Shown: positions 35,001 through 48,342, counted from the stretch's first letter. The stretch: DNA of 64,000 nucleotides from Macrostomum hystrix (GCA_950097015.1 CATNEN010000033.1:4526001-4590000); one strand, 5' to 3'. Numbers and translations are program-made. Notes: generated from the letters alone by a model not told the origin.

Positions 35001-38000
35001 TTCAAGAATGGATGGTGACAATCAGCCAAACTGTGAGAGTTTGCTGCAAAGCTTCTTCTATTGGTGTCTGCAACCGTCTCATGCATGGGAATCTGGCAGT
35101 GTTTAGCGGACACGGAGGGGGTGGAGCTAGGGCTGGGTAACATGCAATAATAATAAAGTGGCATAAAAAGCATCACTCGCTGCTATTCATAGCGATCGTT
35201 AGTTTTATTCATCAGGCAAAGCATTTTTATCTAGCCAAGTTCTCGCGGGCCAAACGTGAGCTCAGCCTGTTTTGCTGCGGAGCCCCGGCTTTGGCTGGTT
35301 AAAAAATAGATTTGCAAATGCAATTCCTGACTCTCCTTTTTACACTCACTTTTTGTGTTTCCCGTCTCCGCCCGCTGCCCGACTGTCCTCCGTGAAGACC
35401 CGGCAGCTCCGACTGTGGGCGCTTGGCGCAGTGAACCGTGACAAGCTCGGGAAATATGAGAGAAGCTCACTGCCAGCGAGGCAAAACATGTGAGACCACG
35501 GCCTGGAAGCCTCATCATTGTGCAGCTCACGAGAATGGGATTTAGAAGCAGAGCAGGGGGGTTAAATCCCCTTTGTCACCGGCCCGCCCTGGGAATGTGA
35601 AGCGACGGGCTCCCTGAAACTGTTGAAATGCTTCCCCTTAGAAACTGCCGTCACCAAGGGGGGCTGGCAAATGAGCCACGCCCGATATGGAGGGCGCTGT
35701 GTGAGTGTGTGAGTGTGTGAGTGTGTGTGTGAGTGTGTATGTGTGTGTATGTGTATGTGTATGTGTGTATGTGTGTATGTGTGTATGTGTATGTATGTGT
35801 GTATACTTTCACAACACAGCACTGTCCACTCATTGGACCCCATTGAATGTGTAGTATAGTATCGGATAAGTTATTTCTGTATCAATGTTCCACTGACAAT
35901 GCGTCTCATTGTCTCTCATTTGTTTGGACAGGCCATCCATCCAGCAAAGGCAATGACACAGAGGCATTGAGCACATCTTGAGCTGGCTTTGTATTGTGAG
36001 GCTGCAGGGTGGGTGATTATGATTTCCCAGCCTCCGCTTCTGACTCGCTCGATTATCTCAGAGACATGGAGGGGATTTCACACCTGCCTTCCGTGCACCT
36101 TCATTTTCGAAATCAATTTCTTTGTTCAGAAGAATCGGAATTTTCTGTAACATGAAAACATTGACTGAATAGGTTGCCGGGCTGCTGCTGCTGCTGTTGC
36201 TTCTGGAACCCATGCAAAGGAGCCTTGGCCTCACTGCTCCGCCTCTGCCCCTCTACCTCCTTCTCCGAGCCTTCCCTCCTCGCTTTCTGTATCCCTTCAG
36301 TTCCGTTACATTATTCCTATCTTCCTCGAATTATCCTACCTGTCACACCTCTCTCACCATCTGTCACACCTCTGTCCTCATCTGTCACACCTCTGTCCTC
36401 ATCTGTCACACCTCTGTCCTCATCTGTCACACCTCTGTCCTCATCTGTCACACCTCTGTCCTCATCTGTCATACCTCTCTCACAATCAGTCACACCTCTG
36501 TCCTCATCTGTCACACCTCTCTCACCATCAGTCACACCTCTGTCCTCATCTGCCACACCTCTCTCTCATCATCTGTCATACCTCTCTCCTCATCTGTCAC
36601 ACCTCTCTCCTCATCTGTCACACCTCTCTCCTCATCTGTCACACCTCTGTCCTCATCTGTCACACCTCTGTCCTCATCTGTCACACCTCTGTCCTCATCT
36701 GTCACACCTCTGTCCTCATCTGTCACACCTCTGTCCTCATCTGTCACACCTCTCTCCTCATCTGTCACACCTCTGTCCTCATCTGTCATACCTCTCTCAC
36801 AATCAGTCACACCTCTGTCCTCATCTGTCACACCTCTCTCACCATCAGTCACACCTCTGTCCTCATCTGTCACACCTCTCTCTCATCATCTGTCATACCT
36901 CTCTCATCATCTGTCATACCTCTCTCCTCATCTGTCACACCTCTGTCCTCATCTGTCACACCTCTCTCTTCTCATCTGTCACACCTCTCTCTCATCATCT
37001 GTCACACCTCTCTCCTCATCTGTCACACCTCTGTCCTCATCTGTCACACCTCTCTCTCACCATCTGTCACACCCCTCTCACCATCTGTCATACCTCTCTC
37101 TCCTCATCTGTCACACCTCTCTCTCATCATCTGTCATACCTCTCTCTCACTATCTGTCACACCTCTCTCGCCATCTGTCATACCTCTCCCACCATCTGTC
37201 ACACCTCTCTCATCTCATCTGTCACACCTCTCTAATCTCATCTGTCACACCTCTCTCTCATCATCTGTCACACCTCTCTAATCTCATCTGTCACACCTCT
37301 CTCTGATCATCTGTCACACCTCTATAATCTCATCTGTCAAACCTCTCTCTCATCATCTGTCACACCTCTCTAATCTCATCTGTCACACCTCTCTCTCATC
37401 ATCTGTCACACCTCTCTCTCATCATCTGTCACACCTCTCTCTCATCATCTGTCACACCTCTCTCTCATCATCTGTCACACCTCTCTCATCTCATCTGTCA
37501 CACCTCTCTCTCATCATCTGCCACACCTCTCTCTCACACCTCTCTCTCATCATCTGTCACACCTCTCTAATCTCATCTGTCACACCTCTCTCTCATCATC
37601 TGTCACACCTCTCTCATCTCATCTGTCACACCTCTCTAATCTCATCTGTCACACCTCTCTAATCTCATCTGTCACACCTCTCTCTCATCATCTGTCACTC
37701 CTCTCTAATCTCATCTGTCACACCTCTCTAATCTCATCTGTCACACCTCTCTAATCTCATCTGTCACACCTCTCTCTCATCATCTGTCACACCTCTCTAA
37801 TCTCATCTGTCACACCTCTCTCTCATCATCTGCCACACCTCTCTAATCTCATCTGTCACACCTCTCTCTCATCATCTGTCACACCTCTCTAATCTCATCT
37901 GTCACACCTCTCTCTCATCATCTGCCACACCTCTCTAATCTCATCTGTCACACCTCTCTCTCATCATCTGCCACACCTCTCTCTCACACCTTTCTCATCA

Positions 38001-41000
38001 AATGTCACACCTATCTCGTCTCATCAGTCATACCTCTATCTCCTCATCTGTCACACCTCTCTCCTCATCTGTCACACCTCTCTCCTCATCTGTCACACCT
38101 CTGTCCTCATCTGTCACACCTCTGTCCTCATCTGTCACACCTCTGTCCTCATCTGTCACACCTCTCTCCTCATCTGTCACACCTCTGTCCTCATCTGTCA
38201 TACCTCTCTCACAGTCAGTCACACCTCTGTCCTCATCTGTCACACCTCTCTCACCATCAGTCACACCTCTGTCCTCATCTGTCACACCTCTCTCTCATCA
38301 TCTGTCATACCTCTCTCCTCATCTGTCACACCTCTGTCCTCATCTGTCACACCTCTCTCTTCTCATCTGTCACACCTCTCTCTCATCATCTGTCACACCT
38401 CTCTCCTCATCTGTCACACCTCTCTAATCTCATCTGTCACACCTCTCTCTCACCATCTGTCACACCCCTCTCATTATCTGTCATACCTCTCTCTCCTCAT
38501 CTGTCACACCTCTCTCGCCATCTGTCATACCTCTCCCACCATCTGTCACACCTCTCTCATCTCATCTGTCACACCTCTCTAATCTCATCTGTCACACCTC
38601 TCTAATCTCATCTGTCACACCTCTCTCTCATCATCTGTCACTCCTCTCTAATCTCATCTGTCACACCTCTCTCTCATCATCTGCCACACCTCTCTCATCT
38701 CATCTGTCACACCTCTCTCTCATCATCTGCCACACCTCTCTCTCACACCTCTCTCTCATCATCTGTCACTCCTCTCTAATCTCATCTGTCACACCTCTCT
38801 AATCTCATCTGTCACACCTCTCTAATCTCATCTGTCACACCTTTCTCTCATCATCTGTCACACCTCTCTAATCTCATCTGTCACACCTCTCTCTCATCAT
38901 CTGCCACACCTCTCTAATCTCATCTGTCACACCTCTCTCTCATCATCTGTCACACCTCTCTAATCTCATCTGTCACACCTCTCTCTCATCATCTGCCACA
39001 CCTCTCTAATCTCATCTGTCACACCTCTCTCTCATCATCTGCCACACCTCTCTCTCACACCTTTCTCATCAAATGTCACACCTATCTCGTCTCATCAGTC
39101 ATACCTCTATCTCCTCATCTGTCACACCTCTCTCCTCATCTGTCACACCTCTCTCCTCATCTGTCACACCTCTGTCCTCATCTGTCACACCTCTGTCCTC
39201 ATCTGTCACACCTCTGTCCTCACCTGTCACACCTCTCTCCTCATCAGTCACACCTCTGTCCTCATCTGTCACACCTCTCTCACCATCAGTCACACATCTG
39301 TCCTCATCTGTCACACCTCTCTCTCATCATCTGTCATACCTCTCTCCTCATCTGTCACACCTCTGTCCTCATCTGTCACACCTCTCTCTTCTCATCTGTC
39401 ACACCTCTCTCTCATCATCTGTCACACCTCTCTCCTCATCTGTCACACCTCTCTAATCTCATCTGTCACACCTCTCTCTCACCATCTGTCACACCCCTCT
39501 CATTATCTGTCATACCTCTCTCTCCTCATCTGTCACACCTCTCTCGCCATCTGTCATACCTCTCCCACCATCTGTCACACCTCTCTCATCTCATCTGTCA
39601 CACCTCTCTAATCTCATCTGTCACACCTCTCTCTCATCATCTGTCACACCTCTCTAATCTCATCTGTCACACCTCTCTCATCTCATCTGTCACACCTCTC
39701 TAATCTCATCTGTCACACCTCTCTCTCATCATCTGTCACACCTCTCTAATCTCATCTGTCACACCTCTCTCTCATCATCTGCCACACCTCTCTAATCTCA
39801 TCTGTCACACCTCTCTCTCATCATCTGTCACACCTCTCTAATCTCATCTGTCACACCTCTCTCTCATCATCTGTCACACCTCTCTAATCTCATCTGTCAC
39901 ACCTCTCTCTCATCATCTGTCACACCTCTCTAATCTCATCTGTCACACCTCTCTCTCATCATCTGTCACACCTCTCTAATCTCATCTGTCACACCTCTCT
40001 CTCATCATCTGCCACACCTCTCTCATCTCATCTGTCACACCTCTCTCTCATCATCTGCCACACCTCTCTCTCACACCTCTCTCTCATCATCTGTCACACC
40101 TCTCTAATCTCATCTGTCACACCTCTCTCTCATCATCTGTCACACCTCTCTAATCTCATCTGTCACACCTCTCTAATCTCATCTGTCACACCTCTCTCTC
40201 ATCATCTGTCACACCTCTCTAATCTCATATGTCACACCTCTCTCTCATCATCTGCCACACCTCTCTAATCTCATCTGTCACACCTCTCTCTCATCATCTG
40301 TCACACCTCTCTCATCTCATCTGTCATACCTCTCTCTCATCATCTGTCACACCTCTCTAATCTCATCTGTCACACCTCTCTCTCATCATCTGTCACACCT
40401 TTCTAATCTCATCTGTCACACCTCTCTCTCATCATCTGTCACACCTCTCTAATCTCATCTGTCACACCTCTCTCTCATCATCTGCCACACCTCTCTCATC
40501 TCATCTGTCACACCTCTCTCTCATCATCTGCCACACCTCTCTCTCACACCTCTCTCTCATCATCTGTCACACCTCTCTAATCTCATCTGTCACACCTCTC
40601 TCTCATTATCTGTCACACCTCTCTAATCTCATCTGTCACACCTCTCTCTCATCATCTGCCACACCTCTCTAATCTCATCTGTCACACCTCTCTCTCATCA
40701 TCTGCCACACCTCTCTCTCACACCTTTCTCATCAAATGTCACACCTCTCTCGTCTCATCAGTCATACCTCTATCTCCTCATCTGCCACGCCTCTCTCATC
40801 ATGTCACACCTTTCTCATCAAATGTCATACCTTTTCGCTGAAATATTTTTCTCTGCTCCTATCTGTTACACCTTGACTGACAACCGGCAGCCCTAGATTT
40901 AGAAGGCCAACCGAAGCCTTGATAGCATCAGTCCAGGTTTGGATAAGCTTGACCTAAAGAATAATGGCGTGAAGATCCAGTGGAAAACCTACCTGCCTGC

Positions 41001-41054
41001 CGAATCGGCTTGTTGACTTTCTTCCACGAGGCGGCCATATTCACTTTGTTTCAC
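32002..41054 (-). CDS. Candidate multi-exon gene of unknown function, 5'-incomplete. Exons 41054-40993, 35469-35350, 33955-33904, 32434-32410, 32258-32002
   Basis: Four consensus-like donors (GTAGGT, GTGAGT, GTGAGA, GTGAGA) and YAG acceptors join stop-free in phases 2,2,0,1: VKQSEYGRLVEESQQADSAGSELLSYFPSLSRF...KNQPVLSFSNRLGDYWFTNQQFPRALLAERSLVAPAATLTRLIDRKMDREAG... No family recognised. Confidence 0.45.
32510..33895. repeat. 25/27-bp minisatellite (GATACACACACAGCAGATAGGCAAGCT)
   Basis: Directly visible; gives the HTQQIGKLI pseudo-repeat. Confidence 0.97.
34167..34496 (+). CDS. Small secreted protein / possible peptide precursor, 109 aa
   Basis: GC-rich ORF with signal-peptide-like N-terminus MPQPLLPSAVAAVAVCLCLLPQLLPTGSA, an internal RR site and a basic amphipathic C-terminus. 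Confidence 0.55.
   Translation: MPQPLLPSAVAAVAVCLCLLPQLLPTGSAAAAPAGLTLKALSPEERDFLARDIHVKAYQLSESESRHSVTVSQRALLENRRSLAALRQMFGEHRRPLLRRFLRSLQQLR
35700..35805. repeat. (GT)/(GTAT)-type microsatellite
   Basis: Directly visible. Confidence 0.95.
36340..40830. repeat. ~21-bp pyrimidine-rich minisatellite, 4.5 kb, with higher-order blocks (TCTGTCACACCTCTGTCCTCA and variants)
   Basis: The variant ATCAAATGTCA recurs at 37997, 39068, 40731 and 40817. Confidence 0.98.
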
Positions 41055-41394
41055 CTGTTTGTTTGGAAGTTTGGAAAAAAAACTCACGAATCGAACACAC
41101 AAAGAGCATCGCAACCACCTGGAGACAGCAGGTTCGTGCAGCTAATGAGGTCGACTCAATCTCTCTCTTTCTCGGCGGTGTTGCTAACGAGACCCCAGCC
41201 ATTTGAGAGGCGGTGTAGAAAATGACGCAAATCTATCTATGATTTTTCGCCGACAAAGATTCGGTCAAGAAAGTGACTTGGCAGTTTGCCCAACTGTTCA
41301 ATTCAAAGCAATGTCCGCTTTGAACTTGCGCCCCGCTCAGAACCCAGCGAAATGTGAGGGATTCAGTAAGGGATCGAAATAATGTTATGCAAGT

Positions 41395-42875
41395 TCTAAT
41401 GAACTGCAGAATCTAATGAACTGCAGAGGCTATGAACTGCAGAGTCTAATGAACTGCAGAATCTAATGAACTGCAGAGTCTAATGAACTGCAGAATCTAA
41501 TGAACTGCAGAATCTAATGAACTGCAGAATCTAATGAACTGCAGAATCTAATGAACTGCAGAATCTAATGAACTGCAGAGTCTAATGAACTGCAGAGTAT
41601 AATGAACTGCAGAATCTAATGAACTGCAGAGTCTAATGAACTGCAGAATCTAATGAACTGCAGAGTCTAATGAACTGCAGAATCTAATGAACTGCAGAAT
41701 CTAATGAACTGCAGAGTCTAATGAACTGCAGAATCTAATGAACTGCAAAATCTAATGAACTGCAGAATCTAATGAACTGCAGAATCGAATAAACTGCAGA
41801 ATCTAATCAACTGCAGAGTCTAATGAACTGCAGAGTCTAATGAACTGCAGAATCTAATGAACTGCAGAATCTAATGAACTGCAGAATCTAATCAACTGCA
41901 GAGTCTAATGAACTGCAGAATCTAATGAACTGCAGAATCTAATGAACTGCAGAGTCTAATGAACTGCAGAGTATAATGAACTGCAGAATCTAATGAACTG
42001 CAGAGTCTAATGAACTGCAGAATCTAATCAACTGCAGAGTCTAATGAACTGCAGAATCTAATGAACTGCAGAATCTAATGAACTGCAGAGTCTAATGAAC
42101 TGCAGAATCTAATGAACTGCAAAATCTAATGAACTGCAGAATCTAATGAACTGCAGAATCGAATAAACTGCAGAATCTAATCAACTGCAGAGTCTAATGA
42201 ACTGCAGAGTCTAATGAACTGCAGAGTCTTATGAACTGCAGAATCTAATGAACTGCAGAATCTAATGAACTGCAGAATCTAATCAACTGCAGAGTCTAAT
42301 GAACTGCAGAATCTAATGAACTGCAGAGTCTAATGAACTGCAGAGTCTAATGAACTGCAGAGTCTAATGAACTGCAGAATCTAATGAACTGCAGAGTCTA
42401 ATGAACTGCAGAGTCTAATGAACTGCAGAGTCTAATGAACTGCAGAATCTAATGAACTGCAGAATCTAATGAACTGCAGAGTCTAATGAACTGCAGAGTC
42501 TAATGAACTGCAGAGTCTAATGAACTGCAGAATCTAATGAACTGCAGAGTCTAATGAACTGCAGAGTCTAATGAACTGCAGAGTATAATGAACTGCAGAG
42601 TCTAATGAACTGCAGAATCTAATGAACTGCAGAATCTAATGAACTGCAGAATCGAATGAACTGCAGAATCTAATCAACTGCAGAGTCTAATGAACTGCAG
42701 AGTCTTATGAACTGCAGAGTCTAATGAACTGCAGAATCTAATGAACTGCAGAATCTAATGAACTGCAGAGTCTAATGAACTGCAGAGTCTAATGAACTGC
42801 AGAGTCTAATGAACTGCAGAATCTAATGAACTGCAGAGTCTAATGAACTGCAGAGTCTAATGAACTGCAGAGTCT
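41395..42875. repeat. 17-bp minisatellite x~87 (ATCTAATGAACTGCAGA)
   Basis: GAACTGCAGA at 41401 and 41418 (period 17). Confidence 0.98.
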
Positions 42876-43504
42876 ACAGTGAATGACAGGACAGTGTCAA
42901 TAGAAATGATATATTCCGAAGTAGTCCTAAAAACTAATGAACAGTGGAGCCTGAAGTGCAGGCAATTCCTCCAACAAAAGTCCGTATTAGGCTGCTTGGG
43001 GACTCTCGCTCGAGTTGCTGATTTATTCCCGAGCTGCTCCGGGCAGCAGATAAGGCGGCCAGGTCTTCAAGCCAGTGATTTACCGCCTGGTCACCTTGCT
43101 CCTACCTTTGGCTCGCGAGCGCTTCTTCTAGATGGGGGGAGAGACGAGTCCGGAATTTAATTTCCCCCTATACCAATGGCATTAGGCAAAATCCCCGAAG
43201 CTTCCTTCATCGACCTGAAATTCTGAAAGCTCTTTGCCCTCTCTCTTTGTCTGTCACTGCAGCCTCTCGTTGAGTCCGGTTGTTGCTGTTCAGCGTGAGC
43301 AAACAGGCCGACAAAGAATGAAAGGCATTTTATAAACTAATCAAGAATTATGAATGCCTCTTCAAGAGCGGCCCGTGGGCCAAAATACAGACTCCAAATT
43401 TCAAGGGCCAAATCTTCCATCTTGAAGTGGGGAATGAAAAATTTCCTGCGTTTATTTACTTTTTTTCTGGGGACTAGATGTACACTTAAAACTAAGAACT
43501 CTTA

Positions 43505-45050
43505 CTGCAATTCTGAGTACATCTGTTGTTGCGATTCTGAGTACATCTGTTGCTGCGATTCTGAGTACATCTGTTGTTGCGATTCTGAGTACATCTGTTG
43601 CTGCGATTCTGAGTACATCTGTTGCTGCGATTCTGAGTACATCTGTTGTTGCGATTCTGAGTACATCTGTTGCTGCGATTCTGAGTACATCTGTTGCTGC
43701 GATTCTGAGTACATCTGTTGCTGCGATTCTGAGTACATCTGTTGCTGCGATTCTGAGTACATCTGTTGCTGCGATTCTGAGTACATCTGTTGCTGCGATT
43801 CTGAGTACATCTGTTGCTGCGATTCTGAGTACATCAGTTGTTGCGATTCTGAGTACATCTGTTGCTGCGATTCTGAGTACATCTGTTGCTGCGATTCTGA
43901 GTACATCAGTTGTTGCGATTCTGAGTACATCTGTTGCTGCGATTCTGAGTACATCTGTTGCTGCGATTCTGAGTACATCTGTTGCTGCGATTCTGAATAC
44001 ATCTGTTGCTGCGATTCTGAGTACATCTGTTGCTGCGATTCTGAGTACATATGTTGCTGCGATTCTGAGTACATCTGTTGCTGCGATTCTGAGTACATCT
44101 GTTGCTGCGATTCTGAGTACATCTGTTGCTGCGATTCTGAGTACATCTGTTGCTGCGATTCTGAGTACATCTGTTGCTGCGATTCTGAGTACATATGTTG
44201 CTGCGATTCTGAGTACATCTGTTGTTGCGATTCTGAGTACATCTGTTGCTGCGATTCTGAGTACATCTGTTGCTGCGATTCTGAGTACATCTGTTGCTGC
44301 GATTCTGAGTACATCTGTTGCTGCGATTCTGAGTACATCTGTTGCTGCGATTCTGAGTACATCTGTTGCTGCGATTCTGAGTACATCTGTTGCTGCGATT
44401 CTGAGTACATCTGTTGCTGCGATTCTGAGTACATCTGTTGCTGCGATTCTGAGTACATCTGTTGCTGCGATTCTGAGTACATCTGTTGCTGCGATTCTGA
44501 GTACATCTGTTGCTGCGATTCTGAGTACATCAGTTGTTGCGATTCTGAGTACATCTGTTGCTGCGATTCTGAGTACATCTGTTGCTGCGATTCTGAGTAC
44601 ATCAGTTGTTGCGATTCTGAGTACATCTGTTGCTGCGATTCTGAGTACATCTGTTGCTGCGATTCTGAGTACATCTGTTGCTGCGATTCTGAATACATCT
44701 GTTGCTGCGATTCTGAGTACATCTGTTGCTGCGATTCTGAGTACATCAGTTGTTGCGATTCTGAGTACATCTGTTGCTGCGATTCTGAGTACATCTGTTG
44801 CTGCGATTCTGAGTACATCTGTTGCTGCGATTCTGAGTACATCTGTTGCTGCGATTCTGAGTACATCTGTTGTTGCAATTCTGAGTACATCAGTTGTTGC
44901 AATTCTGAGTACATCTGTTGCTGCGATTCTGAGTACATCTGTTGTTGCAATTCTGAGTACATCTGTTGCTGCGATTCTGAGTACATCTGTTGTTGCGATT
45001 CTGAGTACATCTGTTGCTGCGATTCTGAGTACATCTGTTGCTGCGATTCT
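43505..45050. repeat. 24-bp minisatellite x~64 (TGCGATTCTGAGTACATCTGTTGC)
   Basis: Period 24; yields CCCDSEYI (+) and MYSESQQQ (-) pseudo-ORFs. Confidence 0.98.
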
Positions 45051-45393
45051 AGGCGCACCTCTTGCTGGGATTCTAGATACATTTCTCTAGGGCAAAAGTT
45101 GCTTCCCCTTGGGCTAGAAATCGAACTCCCGACCTCCTCTTCACAACTGGGAAGCTCAAACCCTTATATTTTAGTAAGATATATTTTGCTAGAACGAAAT
45201 GACGCAAGCCATAATTGTCAGGTGAACTAGTAAAAAATGAAACAAAATAATTGACTGCTTTTTGGCTGATTCAGTGAAAGTCGTCCCACTTCCAGTGCAA
45301 CTGATCTATTCAAGGAGAATTAGACCAGTGAGTCGTGTGCAAAGCTGAGCTCTGCTGAACTAGAAGCACCTGGGAAGGCAAAGAGAAGCTCTT

Positions 45394-48342
45394 CTAGTTC
45401 AGAGCAGGCAGGGAGGTCACGGAATTCTTGGCGCCGTGGTCCGGCGCCTCCTCGGACAGTCGCGGCCAGCGCCAGTCGATGCGATACGGCGGCGTTAGAG
45501 CTCGGCTCCGGATGCGACCCTGCCGAGCCTCCCAGCTGTCGCAGCCGGCGAACAGGGGGCTGTCAGCGAAGCAGCGGTGGCTCAGCACCTCGCGACCCCC
45601 GCTGCGGTAGCCAAGCCGCTCCGGTATGCTCGGCCTGAGCAGCTGCACAACCAGGTCGACAAACCCCGGCGAAAGCTGCTGCTGGCGGCTGTCGCAGGCG
45701 TTGGCCAACACGCGGACCAGCTGCTCTCGGTCAGCCAGCAAGCCCGCCGGCGGGTAGCGGCCAGTCCTCAGAGCGAACAGGCTCGCGCCCAGGCCGAACC
45801 AGTCCACCGTCGAGTTCATGTGGCGCGACATGCCGCCGCCACGGCCGCGGAAGGCCTCAGTCAGCTCTGGCGGCCACCAGCCGGCATCGCGCAATGCGAA
45901 CTGGCCAAAGTCTTCGCGAAACTTTCTCGGCACTCGCAGCCAGGCGGAGCGGCGAGCCGCCGTCGAGCTGCGGCTTACTGACGACGCCTCCAGGGGCAGA
46001 CGCTTGGACAAGCCGAAGTCGTGGAGCAGCAGGTTGCCCTGCGCGTCCAGCAGCACATTCTCTGGGTGCAGGTCGCAATGCAGGACGCCGCAGTCGTGGA
46101 GGGCCGTCAGGGCCTCTGTCAGCTGTGCGGCCCAGAACAGCAGGAAACTCTCCGGGATGAAGCGAAGTCGGCGATCGCCGCTGGCGCGAATGTGGCGAGC
46201 CGCGGCGGCCAGGTCGCTAGGACAGAGCCGGTAGACTTCCAGGCTGTGCTGGCTGGACCAGGCAATCATTAGGCTGATGCCGGGGGAGCCGGAGTCCTGG
46301 ACATTCGGGAACGGATCGTTAAAGAGTATAGAATTGCTACAATAGCTGTTGTACTCGTAGTATGCTATTACGCTCTTGGCTGCTAATCCATTTCGGGCCT
46401 ATCTGGCGGGAACGCTCCCTTTTTTGCTCCCCGGGCCCGAAGCTGATTGGCTGGCTCTCCTGATCCCCCTTTCCCTTTTCTCTCAGCTCTGCGTGGCTTT
46501 GCTCCACCCCATTTGTTACGCCAATCAACTATTAGCAGCTTTGCCCTCCTCCCCCCTCCCCGACCCAGCCGCGCGCGGATTGGCTGATGAGTTTTTTATC
46601 TCTCCAACTCTCCCTCTCGCCCCTAGCCGTGGCCAATTTCGCGCTTTCTCTCGAATTAATCGCATCTACTACACAAGCTGAATTTGTTTGTTCTTCTAGG
46701 CGACATTACAGCCCGTAGCTGAATTATTTCAATAAAAGCAAGCTTTCTAGCATTGCTTTTAGGTTTTTTCGAAGCTACATACGCGATGTGTGTGGCCGCA
46801 ATTATTTGGTGCTGAGAAATCAGTGACTCATTCCTTACTGGCCTACTGATGGTGAGTAGACAGTATTGCAAATTATTTCTTGCATTCTTGATCCACAGCC
46901 AAGTGTATCTATGCCAGCAGTAACATTAAAGTGCAGGTTCTGCCACTCATGGCCACCCACCTGTCAGTGACACTGAGCCTGTCAAATTTAATTGCTAAGC
47001 TGAATTTCATCATGGGATGTAAAGCCTGGGTGAGCAGCATTCCCCTATGCTCACCCAGAAAGCTAAAAACCAACAGATCTTCTGACATGCATCTAGTCAG
47101 CTCTGTTATTTACTCAAACGCCTTACAATTCTCACAGTCTGTATCCAACCGTTGCCAAGAAAGCACTAAGATTGCACTTTCAAAGAAGAATGAACGAGGC
47201 CCAAGGCTCTGTTGAGGCTGCATCGGGTTGGAGAGTGGTGGAATTTGAGATGCGAATTTCAGACCCCACAAACTCAAGTATTGATCTGACCGGGTAGCGC
47301 TTTCACCTGCTGGCACGTGGCCTGCTTATTGACATTATTGACATGAGCTTGGGTGACTCTTTGAGAAATACTCTCGGTCCGCTGCGCCGCTGCCTAGCTT
47401 CATCGTAACAAAAGGACTTCCCAAGGGCTAATCGATGGGCATTACGACTCAGACTTATCGCTGTTATTTCTAAGAAAATAACAAACTTTCACCTTCAGCA
47501 CTTCCAGCGCCCGCCTGGCCTTCCTGAAAGCTTTCTGCGCGGCTTCGTGGTTCATTGATGCTCTCGGCAGTTTCACCGCCACCAGCTCCGCTCCGTTGTC
47601 CAGCCCGGCCTGGCTCTCGCCGGTCTTGCCTAAGCCGGACATCAGCTCACGGAGCTCCGCCAGCACAGCCGTCCGGTCTCTCGACGGCGCGACCTCCTCC
47701 AGCCGATTGTCCTCGTCCTCGTTGTCGCCAAGACTCGTTGTTCGCGGTCGCCGCACCGCCAGGAGGATGTCGGCGTAGCCTCCTGACTGCAGCAGCATGG
47801 AGCATTGGCAAACGCAGTCGCTGGTTGTAGCACGCAGCTCGCGCTCAAGCCACCGAGGCGGCCGGTCACCATTTCTTGGAAGCCGCAGCTGCACCGGAAT
47901 ACTCTGGACTGCATCGATCGCCGTGACAACGGTTTCCATGGAGACTGAGTAAGTCAAGCAGCGTCTGGTCGATGGGATGGCGGTGAGGGAGCGTGGCCCC
48001 TGCACAGGGTGCGGCATCGTCGAGGAAGCCTTCGATGCCATCAATGTCGGACCAAATTCAGTCTGTGAAGCAGAAGTCAGGAAACTCGGGCAAATTTTTT
48101 GACTCGTAGCGCTCAACACTGGAATAAATCTAGATTCACCTGACTACCTTGAGGGGCTGAGTCACTGGTGTCGCCACCGCAATCAGCGCCTCCGCTGCCG
48201 CATCTTTCGCTGCAGCCTCTGGCCTGCTGGAAGACAATGACGATGGAGACCGGCGGAGATGTCGTCGGCGTCCGCGAGATCGCGCCGTCCGACAGCGGCC
48301 TCTCGACTTTGCCGGCGTGTCTTGGGTTGTTGAAGTTGCCAT
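45394..48342 (-). CDS. Atypical AGC-group Ser/Thr kinase or pseudokinase, ~589 aa. Exons 48342-48148, 48062-47493, 46398-45394
   Basis: QSGGYA (I), LVAVK (II), HCDLHPEN (VIb), DFG, WPPE (VIII), DWFGLG (IX), RLGY..GGREVLSHRCF (XI) and an AGC-tail-like LTPPY. All three exons are phase 0. Confidence 0.85.

Noticed and set aside
36174-39456. SSSVTPL / TDEDRGV repeat ORFs resembling mucins or acidic proteins
   Set aside because: Derived from the 21-bp array; unit-length variants break the frames.
41395-42875. Regular short repeats as a possible CRISPR array
   Set aside because: Head-to-tail 17-bp units with no unique spacers, in eukaryotic context with no cas genes. The same applies to all other arrays.
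43502-45082. 526-aa (MYSESQQQ)n minus-strand ORF
   Set aside because: Entirely within the 24-bp array, with no unique flanking coding sequence.
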